From positions 1 to 40,098 of the forward strand of contig CANMWZ010000040.1 in assembly GCA_947501605.1 (NCBI GenBank): 40,098 nt of DNA, given 5' to 3'. This DNA is from Planctomycetota bacterium. Its GTDB lineage: Bacteria; Planctomycetota; UBA1135; UBA2386. This document shows positions 21,102 to 30,588 of this stretch, piece by piece (the stretch's first letter is position 1; each line of letters opens with the position of its first letter). The notes beneath the pieces are model-generated. The model saw only the letters and a program-made list of their open reading frames with translations. It searched no databases and was not told the DNA's origin. The translations under genes were made by a program, and so were the position numbers.

Positions 21102-22214
21102 ATGAAGGAAAGCTCGGCAGCGCAACCGACGGGGGAGGGCGACGCGATCGCGCGGAGATCCACGTCCTCGCGCCTCTCATCGCTCGACCAGTTCCGCGGG
21201 CTGACCGTGGCGGCGATGTTCGTCGTCAACTTCGGCGCCGGGCATCCGTCGGTCCCAGCACTGCTGCGCCACCACCGCACGTGGTTCAGCCTCGCCGACG
21301 CGGTGATGCCGATGTTCTTCCTCGCCGTCGGCTACGCGCTGCGACTGGCCTACGTTCGCCACGTCGAGAAGGAAGGGGCCGCGAAGGCGCGCTGGCTCGC
21401 GGTGCGCCGCGCGCTCGCGCTGGTGCTGCTTGGGCTCGTCGTGCACGGGCTCGACGGCGAGTTCGCGACGTGGCAGGCGCTACAGGACGAAGGGTTGGCG
21501 GCGGTGGGCAAGGCGTTCGTGCGGTCGCCGTTCCAGGCCTTGGTGCACATCGCGCTCGCGACGTTGTGGGTGTTGCAGGTGGTGGCGAAGTCGCTGCGCG
21601 CGCAGGCTTGGTGGCTCGTCGGCTCGCTCGCTTTGCATACGGCCTGTCTGATTGCCGGCTATCAGTCCTGGCTCGTCGCGAACAGTTGCATCGACGGCGG
21701 GCCGCTCGGGTTCTTGGGTTGGACGGTGCCGGTGCTCGCGGGATCGATGCTGCGAACGCGCGACGAACGTGGGGCAATGACCGCGCCAGCGATCGCTGGG
21801 CTGGGGCTGCTCACGATGGGGGCCGGATATGTGTGCTCGTGCCTGTCGCAGGGTGGCGTGCTCGCGGCGCCGCCATTCGTGGCGCCGTGGCACGAGCGCG
21901 ATCTGTGGACGATGAGCCAGCAGACGGCGGGGGCGAGCTATCAGTTGGCGGGCGTCGGGTTCGCGATGGTGGTGTTCGCATCGTGCCGCTGGGCCGCTGA
22001 CGTCCGCTCGGCGCGCGCGGCGGTGTTCACGACGTTCGGCAAGAACGCGCTCGCGGCCTACGTGCTGCACGGGCTGGTTGAGGACTTCGTCGATCCCTTC
22101 GTGCCGAAGGACGCGCCGCTGTGGTGGGTCGGGGTCGGGTTCGCGGTTTTCTTCGCGGTGACGTGGGCGATGCTGCGCGGGCTGGAGAAGCAGGGGCTGT
22201 TCGTTCGGCTGTGA
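21102..22214 (+). CDS. Heparan-alpha-glucosaminide N-acetyltransferase-like membrane protein (HGSNAT/NagX-like)
   Basis: RLSSLDQFRGLTVAAMFVVN, ADAVMPMFFLAVG and FGKNALAAYVLH; multiple TM helices. Confidence 0.82.
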   Translation: MKESSAAQPTGEGDAIARRSTSSRLSSLDQFRGLTVAAMFVVNFGAGHPSVPALLRHHRTWFSLADAVMPMFFLAVGYALRLAYVRHVEKEGAAKARWLAVRRALALVLLGLVVHGLDGEFATWQALQDEGLAAVGKAFVRSPFQALVHIALATLWVLQVVAKSLRAQAWWLVGSLALHTACLIAGYQSWLVANSCIDGGPLGFLGWTVPVLAGSMLRTRDERGAMTAPAIAGLGLLTMGAGYVCSCLSQGGVLAAPPFVAPWHERDLWTMSQQTAGASYQLAGVGFAMVVFASCRWAADVRSARAAVFTTFGKNALAAYVLHGLVEDFVDPFVPKDAPLWWVGVGFAVFFAVTWAMLRGLEKQGLFVRL

Positions 22215-22305
22215 GGGTCAGTGGTTCTCGACGGTGGAGCGTGCCCGTCCTTCTGCAGCTCCGAGTCGCCACCTCGACCAGGCGAGGACGCCGTCTTCGA
22301 AGCGT

Positions 22306-24069
22306 TCACGCGAGCGGCAGTTCGAGCACGAAGCAGGCGCCGTCCGCGACGGTCGCGTCGAGTCGCAGATCGCCATCGAGGTCGTGCGCGAGGCCGCGGG
22401 CCAACGCGAGCCCGAGGCCGACGCCAGGCACGTCGTTGCTGCCGGCCGCCACCGCGCCGCGGTCGAACGGGGCGAAGATGCGATCGTGCATGTCCCGTTG
22501 CACACCTTGGCCGTGGTCGCGCAACGCGAGTTGGACGCGACCGCCGCTCGTCCGCGCCGTCAGTTCGACGCGCCCATCGCCGGCGCCGCGCGCGTACTTG
22601 GCAGCGTTGTCGACGAGGTTGAACAGGATCTGCCCGACGGCGTCTTCGTCAGTCGTCGTCACGACGGCACGCGCTTCGTCGGTCGCGTCGACGACGAGTT
22701 GGAGATCCGCTTCGGCGAGCCTTCGCTGCAACGTTGGCACGAGGCGATCGAGCATCGGGCCGACCTCGCACGGGACACGCCGAGCGGTGAAGCGGCCGTC
22801 TTCGAGGCGCGACCAGGCGAGCACGTTCTCGACCACGCGCGACAGTCGGTCGCTCTCGCGCTGCAGCGTCGTGAGGTACTCCTTCTGCGCTGCCGGTTCG
22901 GTCACGACACCCTCGGCGAGCATCTCGCTGTACATGCGAAAGGTCGTCAGCGGCGTGCGCAGCTCGTGCGTCACCGCCGCCGCGAACCGCGCGCGCCGTT
23001 CGCCAAACTCGATCGCGGCGCGCAGTGCGAACGCGAGGCCGACGAGTCCCAGCAGCGTAACTCCCCACGTCGTGCCGAGGATCCATGGCATCGGCATGCT
23101 GCTGCAGAGGGAGTCGTCGTACGGGGCTTCGAGTCGGGTCGGCACCGACGCGAGCATCGATGGCTGCTCGGCGGCGGTCGGGTGCTCGCAGCGGACGAGA
23201 CGGGTGCTACCAGCTGGGAACAGGTCTTCGATCAGGCTCGTCAGGCGCGTCTGTAGCGCGGGCCAGTCGACGACTACGCCCTGGATCCGACCCGTTGCGC
23301 CGGTGCCAACGCGACGTACGAACAACAGCTGCGAGCCGCCGACGGCATCGAGCCACACCGGAACCAGAGGCCCCGGGGCGTCCGACCCGGCGACGAGGCC
23401 GAGGCCGGCGGGCAAGTCGAGGACTTGCGGGTTGAAGGAGTTGCCTTGAACGCTGCGCTGGCGGTTCGAGTACTCCTGCACGCTCTGCTGCGTCGGCAGC
23501 GGGTCGCTCGGCGATACCGGGTTCTTACCGCATGCAAACAGCAAGGTCTCGGCGCCGCCGAGTGCGGGTTCAAGACGGGCGGGGGTGAGGAGGACCGTCA
23601 ACTCGGCGAGCTTCTGCGCGGCCTGTTCGATCTTCGCGCCATCGATCCCGTTCGCTTCACAGGCATCGCGCGCGTTGCCCGTCGGCACCTGAGGGCTGGT
23701 GAGCCCTTCGGGGCCGAGTTCGAAGTGGAGCGAAAACAGAGGCAGTGCGGTCGCCAGCAGTGGCGACGGCACGAGGACCTCGCCCGGGCCGAGCTTGCTG
23801 AAGCCGCGGGTCCACGCCGTCGTTGCCGACGGGAACGGCCGGTAGTCCCCTGCCGGACGACCGGCTTCGCGAGCGACGAGCGGTGCTAGGAAGCTGTCCA
23901 TCCGCCACAACGAGAGCCGCAGGCGCTCGTGCATCGAGGACAGGCGCCGCGCGGTCAGTTCGTCATGGTCGAGCTGCGTCATGGTCGCGGTCAACCACGT
24001 GAGCACGAGCAGCAGGACCGTTGAGGCAAAGGTGAACGCCGACCACGCCAAACGCCGCGGCGAGGTCAC
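22306..24069 (-). CDS. Membrane sensor histidine kinase
   Basis: Two TM helices; VTHELRTPL, NLVDNAAKY, DHGQG and GVGLGL; GTG start overlaps the response regulator stop (GTGA). Confidence 0.92.
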   Translation of the reverse strand: MTSPRRLAWSAFTFASTVLLLVLTWLTATMTQLDHDELTARRLSSMHERLRLSLWRMDSFLAPLVAREAGRPAGDYRPFPSATTAWTRGFSKLGPGEVLVPSPLLATALPLFSLHFELGPEGLTSPQVPTGNARDACEANGIDGAKIEQAAQKLAELTVLLTPARLEPALGGAETLLFACGKNPVSPSDPLPTQQSVQEYSNRQRSVQGNSFNPQVLDLPAGLGLVAGSDAPGPLVPVWLDAVGGSQLLFVRRVGTGATGRIQGVVVDWPALQTRLTSLIEDLFPAGSTRLVRCEHPTAAEQPSMLASVPTRLEAPYDDSLCSSMPMPWILGTTWGVTLLGLVGLAFALRAAIEFGERRARFAAAVTHELRTPLTTFRMYSEMLAEGVVTEPAAQKEYLTTLQRESDRLSRVVENVLAWSRLEDGRFTARRVPCEVGPMLDRLVPTLQRRLAEADLQLVVDATDEARAVVTTTDEDAVGQILFNLVDNAAKYARGAGDGRVELTARTSGGRVQLALRDHGQGVQRDMHDRIFAPFDRGAVAAGSNDVPGVGLGLALARGLAHDLDGDLRLDATVADGACFVLELPLA

Positions 24070-24773
24070 GAGGTGCCTCCGGCGAGCATGTAGCCCTTGC
24101 CGCGAACGGTGATCACGACCTCTGGGCAGTCGGATGGATCCGCGAGCTTGTCGCGGAGATTGACGATGTGCATGTCGATCGCGCGCGTTGCGGAGTCGCC
24201 GCCCGCCGGCAGACCCCAGACTCGTTCGAGCAGCTCGGTGCGGGCGATGGCGCGGCCGCGGTTCTGCACCAGGTAGCGCAGCAGTTCGGCTTCCTTCTCC
24301 GACAACAGCGCACGGGTCTGGTCGGGGCGCTCGATCTCGCGACGGTCGAAGTCGATCACCCGCCCGGCGATCGCGACGCGGCCGACGTCGGAGGGGCGTT
24401 CGGCGCTGCGGCGGAGCACGGCGACGACCCGCGCCAGCAGTTCCTTGCTCGAGAACGGCTTCACCACGTAGTCGTCGGCGCCGGTTTGCAGCCCGTGCAC
24501 GCGATCCTGTTCGGCGCCGCGAGCAGTCACGAGGATCACGGGCAGCGATGGCCGCACCCGGCGCACTTCGGCGAGGATCTGGAGGCCGTCGGTCTTCGGC
24601 AACATCACGTCGAGGACGACGAGATCGAGCTGGGCGGAGAGCGCCGTGGTCATGCCGTCGGCGCCGTCGGCGCACGCGATCACCAGAAAGCCGGCGAACT
24701 GCAGCGTGTCGACGATGCCGCGGCGGATCGCCGCATCGTCCTCGACGACCAGGATGGTTCGCTTGGTAGTCAC
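24066..24773 (-). CDS. OmpR/PhoB-family response regulator
   Basis: ILVVEDD, LDVMLP, GADDYVVKPF; winged helix LSEKE..LL...RAIDMHI..LR.K...TVRGKGY. Confidence 0.95.
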   Translation of the reverse strand: MTTKRTILVVEDDAAIRRGIVDTLQFAGFLVIACADGADGMTTALSAQLDLVVLDVMLPKTDGLQILAEVRRVRPSLPVILVTARGAEQDRVHGLQTGADDYVVKPFSSKELLARVVAVLRRSAERPSDVGRVAIAGRVIDFDRREIERPDQTRALLSEKEAELLRYLVQNRGRAIARTELLERVWGLPAGGDSATRAIDMHIVNLRDKLADPSDCPEVVITVRGKGYMLAGGTS

Positions 24774-24780
24774 GTGTCCG

Positions 24781-26508
24781 TCAGCGTAGCCACAGGCGCC
24801 GGTCCTCGGCTGCATCCTGATGACACTTGATGCACGACGCCACGTGGCCGGCGGCAGTCACCGTGCCGGCCCGATCGACGGTGCCGTAGACCCAGCCCGC
24901 GTCGGTGCCTTCCGTCTTGGCGTCGAGCTTGTGCATGACGAACAGCCCATGGAAGTCGCCGGCGTGGAACCAGGCGTCGCCCGATTGCATCCGCAGGGTC
25001 GACATGTAGCGGGCCGACGACTCGGTCGGTCCGTTCGGATCGCCGGGCATGCACTCCCACGACTCCTTGACCAGAGTCTGGCCGACCTTCTCGGGGGTGC
25101 CTTTGGTCACGTACTCGAGGCCGTCGGCGAAGCGCGCGTAGAGGAGGTAGAGCTTCTGGCCGTGCTCCTTCTCGGCGTCCGACTTGCGAACGAACGGGGG
25201 CGCGATGTAGCAGTCGGTGGGTGCGCGCTTGGGGTCGCCGGTCACGCGAACGAACTCGCGATACTGCGAAGCCGCGTCCACGACGATCTGCTCGAAGCGC
25301 GCGTCGACCTGGTTGCCCGCGGGAACCTGGACTTCGGTCGCGGCCGGCGGCACTGCCACCTTGCGGGTGAAGCCGCGCGCCGCCGCCTGCTGGCGGACGG
25401 CTTCGAGGACCGCCGTCTCGAACAGCTTGTCCCCGGACGTGCTGCGCTTCACCTGCTCGGCGATCACGAACGCATCGCGCTGCTTGCCGAGTTCGGCGAC
25501 CGTCGCCTGCAGCTCCGCGCGCTTCTTGCGTTGCCCCTCGACGTGCGCGCGCAGATCCGCGATCGACAGCGTCCGCAGCGCCTCGGGAAGGTCCTCCTTC
25601 TTGACGTCCTCGAGCTTGAACTTCGGGTCGGTGGTCGCATCGACGAGGTCCCAGTGGCCGCAGAAGTAGAGGCCCGAGGCCTTGGTCTGGCAGCGCTGCG
25701 CGGCGGCGGCGGGGTTGAGGTTCACGGCGTTGCCGTCCTGCGCCTGCTGGTTGCCCGTCCATTGCTCGCGCTGTGAGCCGTAGGGCACGTAGGTCGAGTT
25801 GATGAGGCCGCTGATCTCGGTGAGCTTGCCGTCGAACGGCGTCTCGATCACGACGGCTGCGTCCTTCTCGATCGCCGCGAACTGACCGTCGGCGAGCTTG
25901 GCGACCTCGCGCCAGGCCGGAGCGAGTTCGTCGGCGGGGTTGCCGCAGTAGATCGAGTTGACCACGATGCCGCGAGCGATGGCGTTCTTGCACGCGAGGG
26001 CGATCGCGATCGAAGGGTCCTGCGCGGCACTCTCGTTGCCGGCGACGAACAGCAGCCTCAACGCGTCGTTACGTTGCGACCACTGCAGTTCCGAGGCGGC
26101 CGCCTGCAGCACCCGCGCGACGTACTCTTCGCCGCCGTTGGTGGTCAGGGCGAACAGCTTCTGCGACACCAGGTCGAGGTCGGTGGTGAAGTCGGTCTCG
26201 ATCTTGACCCAGCCCTTCTCGGCCTCGTGCGCGGTGCAGCCGAAGGTCACGAGGGCAACCCTCAGGGTCGGCGTCGGCTGCAACGTCGCGAGGTCGTTGA
26301 CCACGGCCCAGAGGTTCTGGCGCGCGGCGTTGATGAGCCCGTCCATGCTGCCGCTGATGTCGAGACAGATGGCGAGGTCGATGGGCTTTTGCTCGGTCGA
26401 GGCTGCGACCATCGGCACCGCCGCGATGGGCGGGCCCACGATCGCCGGCGACTGCGCCAGCAGCGTTGCACACAGGAACGACGAGAACGAGAACAGGACG
26501 CGATTCAT
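24781..26508 (-). CDS. Secreted vWA-domain protein fused to a C-terminal cytochrome P460-like c-type haem domain
   Basis: MIDAS CLDISGSM, GGEEY and AGNES; C-terminal GQTLVKE, LFVMHK, GWVYG and CIKCH. Confidence 0.8.
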   Translation of the reverse strand: MNRVLFSFSSFLCATLLAQSPAIVGPPIAAVPMVAASTEQKPIDLAICLDISGSMDGLINAARQNLWAVVNDLATLQPTPTLRVALVTFGCTAHEAEKGWVKIETDFTTDLDLVSQKLFALTTNGGEEYVARVLQAAASELQWSQRNDALRLLFVAGNESAAQDPSIAIALACKNAIARGIVVNSIYCGNPADELAPAWREVAKLADGQFAAIEKDAAVVIETPFDGKLTEISGLINSTYVPYGSQREQWTGNQQAQDGNAVNLNPAAAAQRCQTKASGLYFCGHWDLVDATTDPKFKLEDVKKEDLPEALRTLSIADLRAHVEGQRKKRAELQATVAELGKQRDAFVIAEQVKRSTSGDKLFETAVLEAVRQQAAARGFTRKVAVPPAATEVQVPAGNQVDARFEQIVVDAASQYREFVRVTGDPKRAPTDCYIAPPFVRKSDAEKEHGQKLYLLYARFADGLEYVTKGTPEKVGQTLVKESWECMPGDPNGPTESSARYMSTLRMQSGDAWFHAGDFHGLFVMHKLDAKTEGTDAGWVYGTVDRAGTVTAAGHVASCIKCHQDAAEDRRLWLR

Positions 26509-28769
26509 CGGACGATCTCCATCGGGGTAAGGCTCTGCGCCGGTTGCACTGCGGGCGCGATCAGCACGTTCTTGCCGTCGACTTCGAGAAGGATCTCGCC
26601 GCCGAGCGACAGCACGCCGGTGCGACGTTCGCCCTGCAGGCGGTGCACGAGCGCGAAGTAGTCACTGCTGCCGAACTCGACGCGGCTGTCGGGTTCGAGT
26701 CGTTGCGCGATCACGGCATTGCCGTCGATCCAGCGGTCGCCGCGGCGCAGGAAGGCGCGATCGCACACCTGCTGCACGCTAGTCGTCTCGACGACCGTGA
26801 GGCTCTGGTCGAGGAACGCATTGCGCGGGTTGGCGCATGCCTGCAGCTTCTGCGCCCACAGGTTGCTGCCTTGGTTGTAGGCGCCGACGCCGCTGCGGGT
26901 CGCGATCGCGCGGCCGCTCAACGCGTCCTGACACGCGGTCGTGAGCGCGTTCCAGTCGTCGAGGCGGCTGCCTTCGGTGGCGAGGAATGCGGTGTATTCG
27001 CCGAGCACGCCGAAGCGGGTCGACAGGCGCAGGATCTCGTCGCGCAGTTCGCAGAGGCGCGGATCCGCGAATGGATCGGTGCCCGGCCGCTGCAGCGGGC
27101 CGCCGAGGTCGCCACCTTGCTGACGCAGCGCGTCGACGAGGAACGCGATCTGACGGCTCGCCCACAGACGCGGAACGAAGCCGTGCGCGAGCGATGCGTT
27201 GCGCACCGGCAGTGCGAAGCGGAAGGAGCGCGCGCCTTCGGGCCCGCGTCCCGACAACATGAAGTCGAGGTCGGCGTCGCCGCGGTAGCGTCCGAGCAGC
27301 ACGATCTGGTCGCCGGCGAACAAGTCCGGCAACGCGCGCGGCAGCAGATCGGCAATGCGCGAGGTCTCGTTCTTTGCGGTCTCGTGGGTGAGCTTCGGCT
27401 CGGCGAGCACTGGGTGGCCGAGCTTCGCGAACGTGCGCGCGACCTTCACCTCGACGTCTTCGTCGGGGAGCACGTAGGTGGTGACCGCGCGCGTCGCTTC
27501 GGCGATTGCGTCGAGCAACGGCACGTTGACGTCGTGACCGACGCCGAAGCTGAAGACGCGGCGCCCGTGCGGATTGCCGTTGGCGACCAGTGCCTTGAGC
27601 TCGCGTTCGCTGGTCGGGCCGACGGTCGGCAGGCCGTCGGTCAGAAACAGGACCAGCGGCAGCGTCCCTGGCATCGCCGGTGCCGATAGGGCTTCCTGCA
27701 GCGCGTCGTGGATGTTGGTGCCGCCGAGCGGACGGATGCCGTCGATGTAGGCGCGCGCCGCGGCCAGCGTGGTGGGGTTCTTTGCGACCGGTGCTGCGAA
27801 CGCGCGCGTGACGTCGTTGCCGTAGTCGAGGATCTGGATGCCCTCGCCGGGTTCGAGCGCCTCGAGGACCTGCAGCGCCGCGGCCTTCGCTTGGTCCATC
27901 TTCTTGCCGGCCATGCTGCCGGAGCGGTCGAGCACGAGGGTCACTTCGCGCAGCATGGACTTCTGCGTGGTGGCCGCGGGCGCGTTGGCCATCAGCAAGA
28001 ACCAGCCGCCGCCGATCGCGGCGTCCGGATAGGCGAATAGCGTCGCGGTCGGACGGTCCGCGGAGGTGACCGTCGTGTAGCTCAGTCGGAACGCGCCGGG
28101 CGAACGGCGGCTCGCTTCGGCGATCGTGAGCGAGCGCGCGCGCGGCTTCACGTTCGTGACCACGAGTTCGTGGCTGACCGAGTGACACAGGCCGATGTCG
28201 GCGCGAGCCTGCAGGTCGACGGTGATGGTCCACGGCACGTCGCTGCCGATCATCTCGCTGCGCGGCAGCACGTAGTCGGCGCGGTCGCCATCGACCTCGA
28301 GCAGGTGGTCGAAGGTCACGCGGATGCGCTGGTTGCCGTGCGCGGGTACCGGGAACACGCTACTGCGCAGGCAACCCCAGTCGGCGAACTCGAGCAGGGC
28401 CGGGTCCTTGAGTCGTCGCGTGATGTCGTCGTAGAGCGCGCGCGCTTCGTCGCGCGGCAGGATGCGGGCTTGCGGCGAAGCAGCTGCGCCTTCGAACGTG
28501 AACTGCGACACGGCGGCGCCGGCGGGAACCGGGAGCAGCACGACGGCTTCCTGGTCGCGGTGGCCGGGGTTGTGGAGTTGGAGTTCGAGCGTCGTCGTTG
28601 CGGCGCGGTCGACGATGCGAACGTGCGCTGTGACGGCGGTCACGCGGACGGGTTCGGTGCCGAACGGCACGAGAGCGGCGCGATGTGGAACGACCCACTG
28701 GTGGGGCGATTGCGCGGTCGCGGAGAGCGCTGCGCCGAAGATCGTGAACAGAACGGATAGAGCTCGCAT
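26505..28769 (-). CDS. Secreted VIT + vWA domain protein (inter-alpha-trypsin inhibitor-like)
   Basis: VIT region (LHNPG...EA...LPVP...DPALLE...VFPVP); vWA motifs LDRSGSM, GGTNI, LTDG and FGVG; RLWA. Its stop overlaps the next start. Confidence 0.88.
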   Translation of the reverse strand: MRALSVLFTIFGAALSATAQSPHQWVVPHRAALVPFGTEPVRVTAVTAHVRIVDRAATTTLELQLHNPGHRDQEAVVLLPVPAGAAVSQFTFEGAAASPQARILPRDEARALYDDITRRLKDPALLEFADWGCLRSSVFPVPAHGNQRIRVTFDHLLEVDGDRADYVLPRSEMIGSDVPWTITVDLQARADIGLCHSVSHELVVTNVKPRARSLTIAEASRRSPGAFRLSYTTVTSADRPTATLFAYPDAAIGGGWFLLMANAPAATTQKSMLREVTLVLDRSGSMAGKKMDQAKAAALQVLEALEPGEGIQILDYGNDVTRAFAAPVAKNPTTLAAARAYIDGIRPLGGTNIHDALQEALSAPAMPGTLPLVLFLTDGLPTVGPTSERELKALVANGNPHGRRVFSFGVGHDVNVPLLDAIAEATRAVTTYVLPDEDVEVKVARTFAKLGHPVLAEPKLTHETAKNETSRIADLLPRALPDLFAGDQIVLLGRYRGDADLDFMLSGRGPEGARSFRFALPVRNASLAHGFVPRLWASRQIAFLVDALRQQGGDLGGPLQRPGTDPFADPRLCELRDEILRLSTRFGVLGEYTAFLATEGSRLDDWNALTTACQDALSGRAIATRSGVGAYNQGSNLWAQKLQACANPRNAFLDQSLTVVETTSVQQVCDRAFLRRGDRWIDGNAVIAQRLEPDSRVEFGSSDYFALVHRLQGERRTGVLSLGGEILLEVDGKNVLIAPAVQPAQSLTPMEIVR

Positions 28770-28815
28770 GTCACCTCGCTTGTCGACGCATCAGACGAGG
28801 GAGGGGGCGCGAGTA

Positions 28816-28834
28816 CGGTAAGGGCTCGGTAAGG
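28816..28834 (-). promoter_or_regulatory. Putative OmpR-family binding site (direct repeat CCTTACCG-N3-CCTTACCG, 11-bp period)
   Basis: CGGTAAGG at 28816-28823 and 28827-28834 on the + strand, 47-65 nt upstream of the start of the operon that encodes the OmpR regulator. Confidence 0.6.
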
Positions 28835-28997
28835 TGGGGGCGGGTGGGGCCTCGGCGGGCGACGGCAGGGAGGGCCCCCGCGAATGCCCCCCGAGCCACC
28901 CAGTCGCTGGCCAAGGGAGACGGTCCAGGGAGACCTCTCGGGGCAACCACATTCCCCTGGGAGAGTGACTAAAGTGCCGTCACTTTTGTCGATAGAC

Positions 28998-29032
28998 TTG
29001 ACATTTATGACGGCAATTCGATCCTTAGGAGG
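28998..29032 (+). promoter_or_regulatory. Candidate sigma70 promoter and RBS for the AAA_14 gene
   Basis: Perfect TTGACA at 28998 in a locally AT-rich patch, a weak -10 (GATCCT) 16 nt later, and AGGAGG just before the ATG at 29034. Confidence 0.4.
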
Positions 29033-29033
29033 C

Positions 29034-30467
29034 ATGCGAAGAACGGCCTTCGACGACCTCCAGCAGTGGGCGACCGCGCCGGTGCATCGCCCCTTGGTCG
29101 TGCGCGGGGCGCGGCAGGTCGGCAAGACCTGGCTCCTCGAGGCCTTCGCGAAGGAGCATCTCGGCGACGTCGCAACGCTGGACGTCGAACGCCAGCGGGG
29201 CGTGCGCACCCTGTTCGCCGATCCTTCTCCGCGTGCCAACGTCGCTGCGATCGAAGCGGTGCTGGGCAAGCGGATCGAGCCAGGGCGCTGCCTCCTGTTC
29301 TTCGACGAGATCCAGGCCTGGCCGGAGCTGCTGGCTCGGTTGCGCTACTTCCACGAGGAGATGCCGGAGCTGCACGTGGCGGCCGCGGGATCGCTGCTCG
29401 ACTTCGCGCTGGCCGACCACACCGCGAGCATGCCGGTGGGACGGATCAGCTACCTGCACCTCGGGCCGATGTCGTTCCCGGAGTTCGTGACGGCGATCGC
29501 AGGAGAGCGGACGACGCAGTATCTGCGCACGATTCGAGTCGGGCAGGTGCCGCCTGAACCGATCCACGAGCGGCTCTCGGCGCTGATGCGCGACTACTCG
29601 CTCGTCGGCGGGATGCCGGCCGTGGTCGAGGCCTTCCGCACGTCGCGGTCTTTCGTCGACGCGAGTCGCGTGCAGCAGGACCTGATGGCCACGTACCGAG
29701 ACGACTTCGCTCGCTACGGGGAGCGAGCGTCGCGAGAACGGCTGCAGCGGGTGCTCGACTCCGTGGCGAGGCAGGTCGGCGGCAAGTTCGTGTGGTCGGC
29801 AGTGGATCCCGAAGAGCGCGCAGCGGCTCTACGCCCGGCTCTCGAGGCGCTGTGTCGCGCGCGGGTCTGTCGCTACGTGCGTTGCAGTCACGGTAACGGG
29901 ATCCCGTTGGGTGCCGACGTCGTCGACAAGCACTTCAAGGTTGCACTCGTCGACACGGGGCTGCTGCAGAGTTCGCTCGGAGTGCTCGTGGGGGCGAGGG
30001 TTGCCCCTGGCGAACTCGTCAACGAAGGGCCGGTGGCCGAGCACCTGGTCGGACAACTGCTGGCCGACCTGTCTCCGCGCTTCGTCGAGCCTCAGCTGTG
30101 GTACTGGGCGCGTCAGCGGCAGGGGGCGGAGGCCGAAGTGGACTACCTGCTGCAGCACGGGGCCGATGTGATCCCGGTCGAAGTGAAGGCAGGGGCCACA
30201 GGGACGCTGCGCAGTCTGCATCGATTCGTGCACGAGACGGGGTCGAAGGTGGCGGTTCGCGTGAGCAGTGCACCGCCACAACTGGCGACGGTGTCGACCA
30301 ATCTGGTAGGGCAGACGCCGCACGAGTTCCAGTTGTTGTCGATCCCGTTCTATCTGGTGCCGGAACTGCCGCGGCTGTTGGAGGAAGTGAAGGCAGGGGC
30401 GAATCTGCCGGAGAAGACGGAGCGCGCGGCGTCCGTTCGCAAGCGAAGGAAGTCGAGCGATCGTTGA
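29034..30467 (+). CDS. AAA_14 ATPase with DUF4143 and a C-terminal PD-(D/E)xK-like motif
   Basis: Walker A GARQVGKT, Walker B FFDEIQ, AAGS, PMSF.EF, VGGMP, DTGL and AEVDYLL...IPVEVKAG. Confidence 0.9.
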   Translation: MRRTAFDDLQQWATAPVHRPLVVRGARQVGKTWLLEAFAKEHLGDVATLDVERQRGVRTLFADPSPRANVAAIEAVLGKRIEPGRCLLFFDEIQAWPELLARLRYFHEEMPELHVAAAGSLLDFALADHTASMPVGRISYLHLGPMSFPEFVTAIAGERTTQYLRTIRVGQVPPEPIHERLSALMRDYSLVGGMPAVVEAFRTSRSFVDASRVQQDLMATYRDDFARYGERASRERLQRVLDSVARQVGGKFVWSAVDPEERAAALRPALEALCRARVCRYVRCSHGNGIPLGADVVDKHFKVALVDTGLLQSSLGVLVGARVAPGELVNEGPVAEHLVGQLLADLSPRFVEPQLWYWARQRQGAEAEVDYLLQHGADVIPVEVKAGATGTLRSLHRFVHETGSKVAVRVSSAPPQLATVSTNLVGQTPHEFQLLSIPFYLVPELPRLLEEVKAGANLPEKTERAASVRKRRKSSDR

Positions 30468-30588
30468 TCCTGCCGGTGTGTCCGTCGAACGAGCGCGCGC
30501 GACGGGCCGGACAGGGTGGGCGCACTCGGGAGGACGGAGACGGCGCGTGCCGATCGGCCCATGACGACGGCTAGGATCGCCTGTCCCC

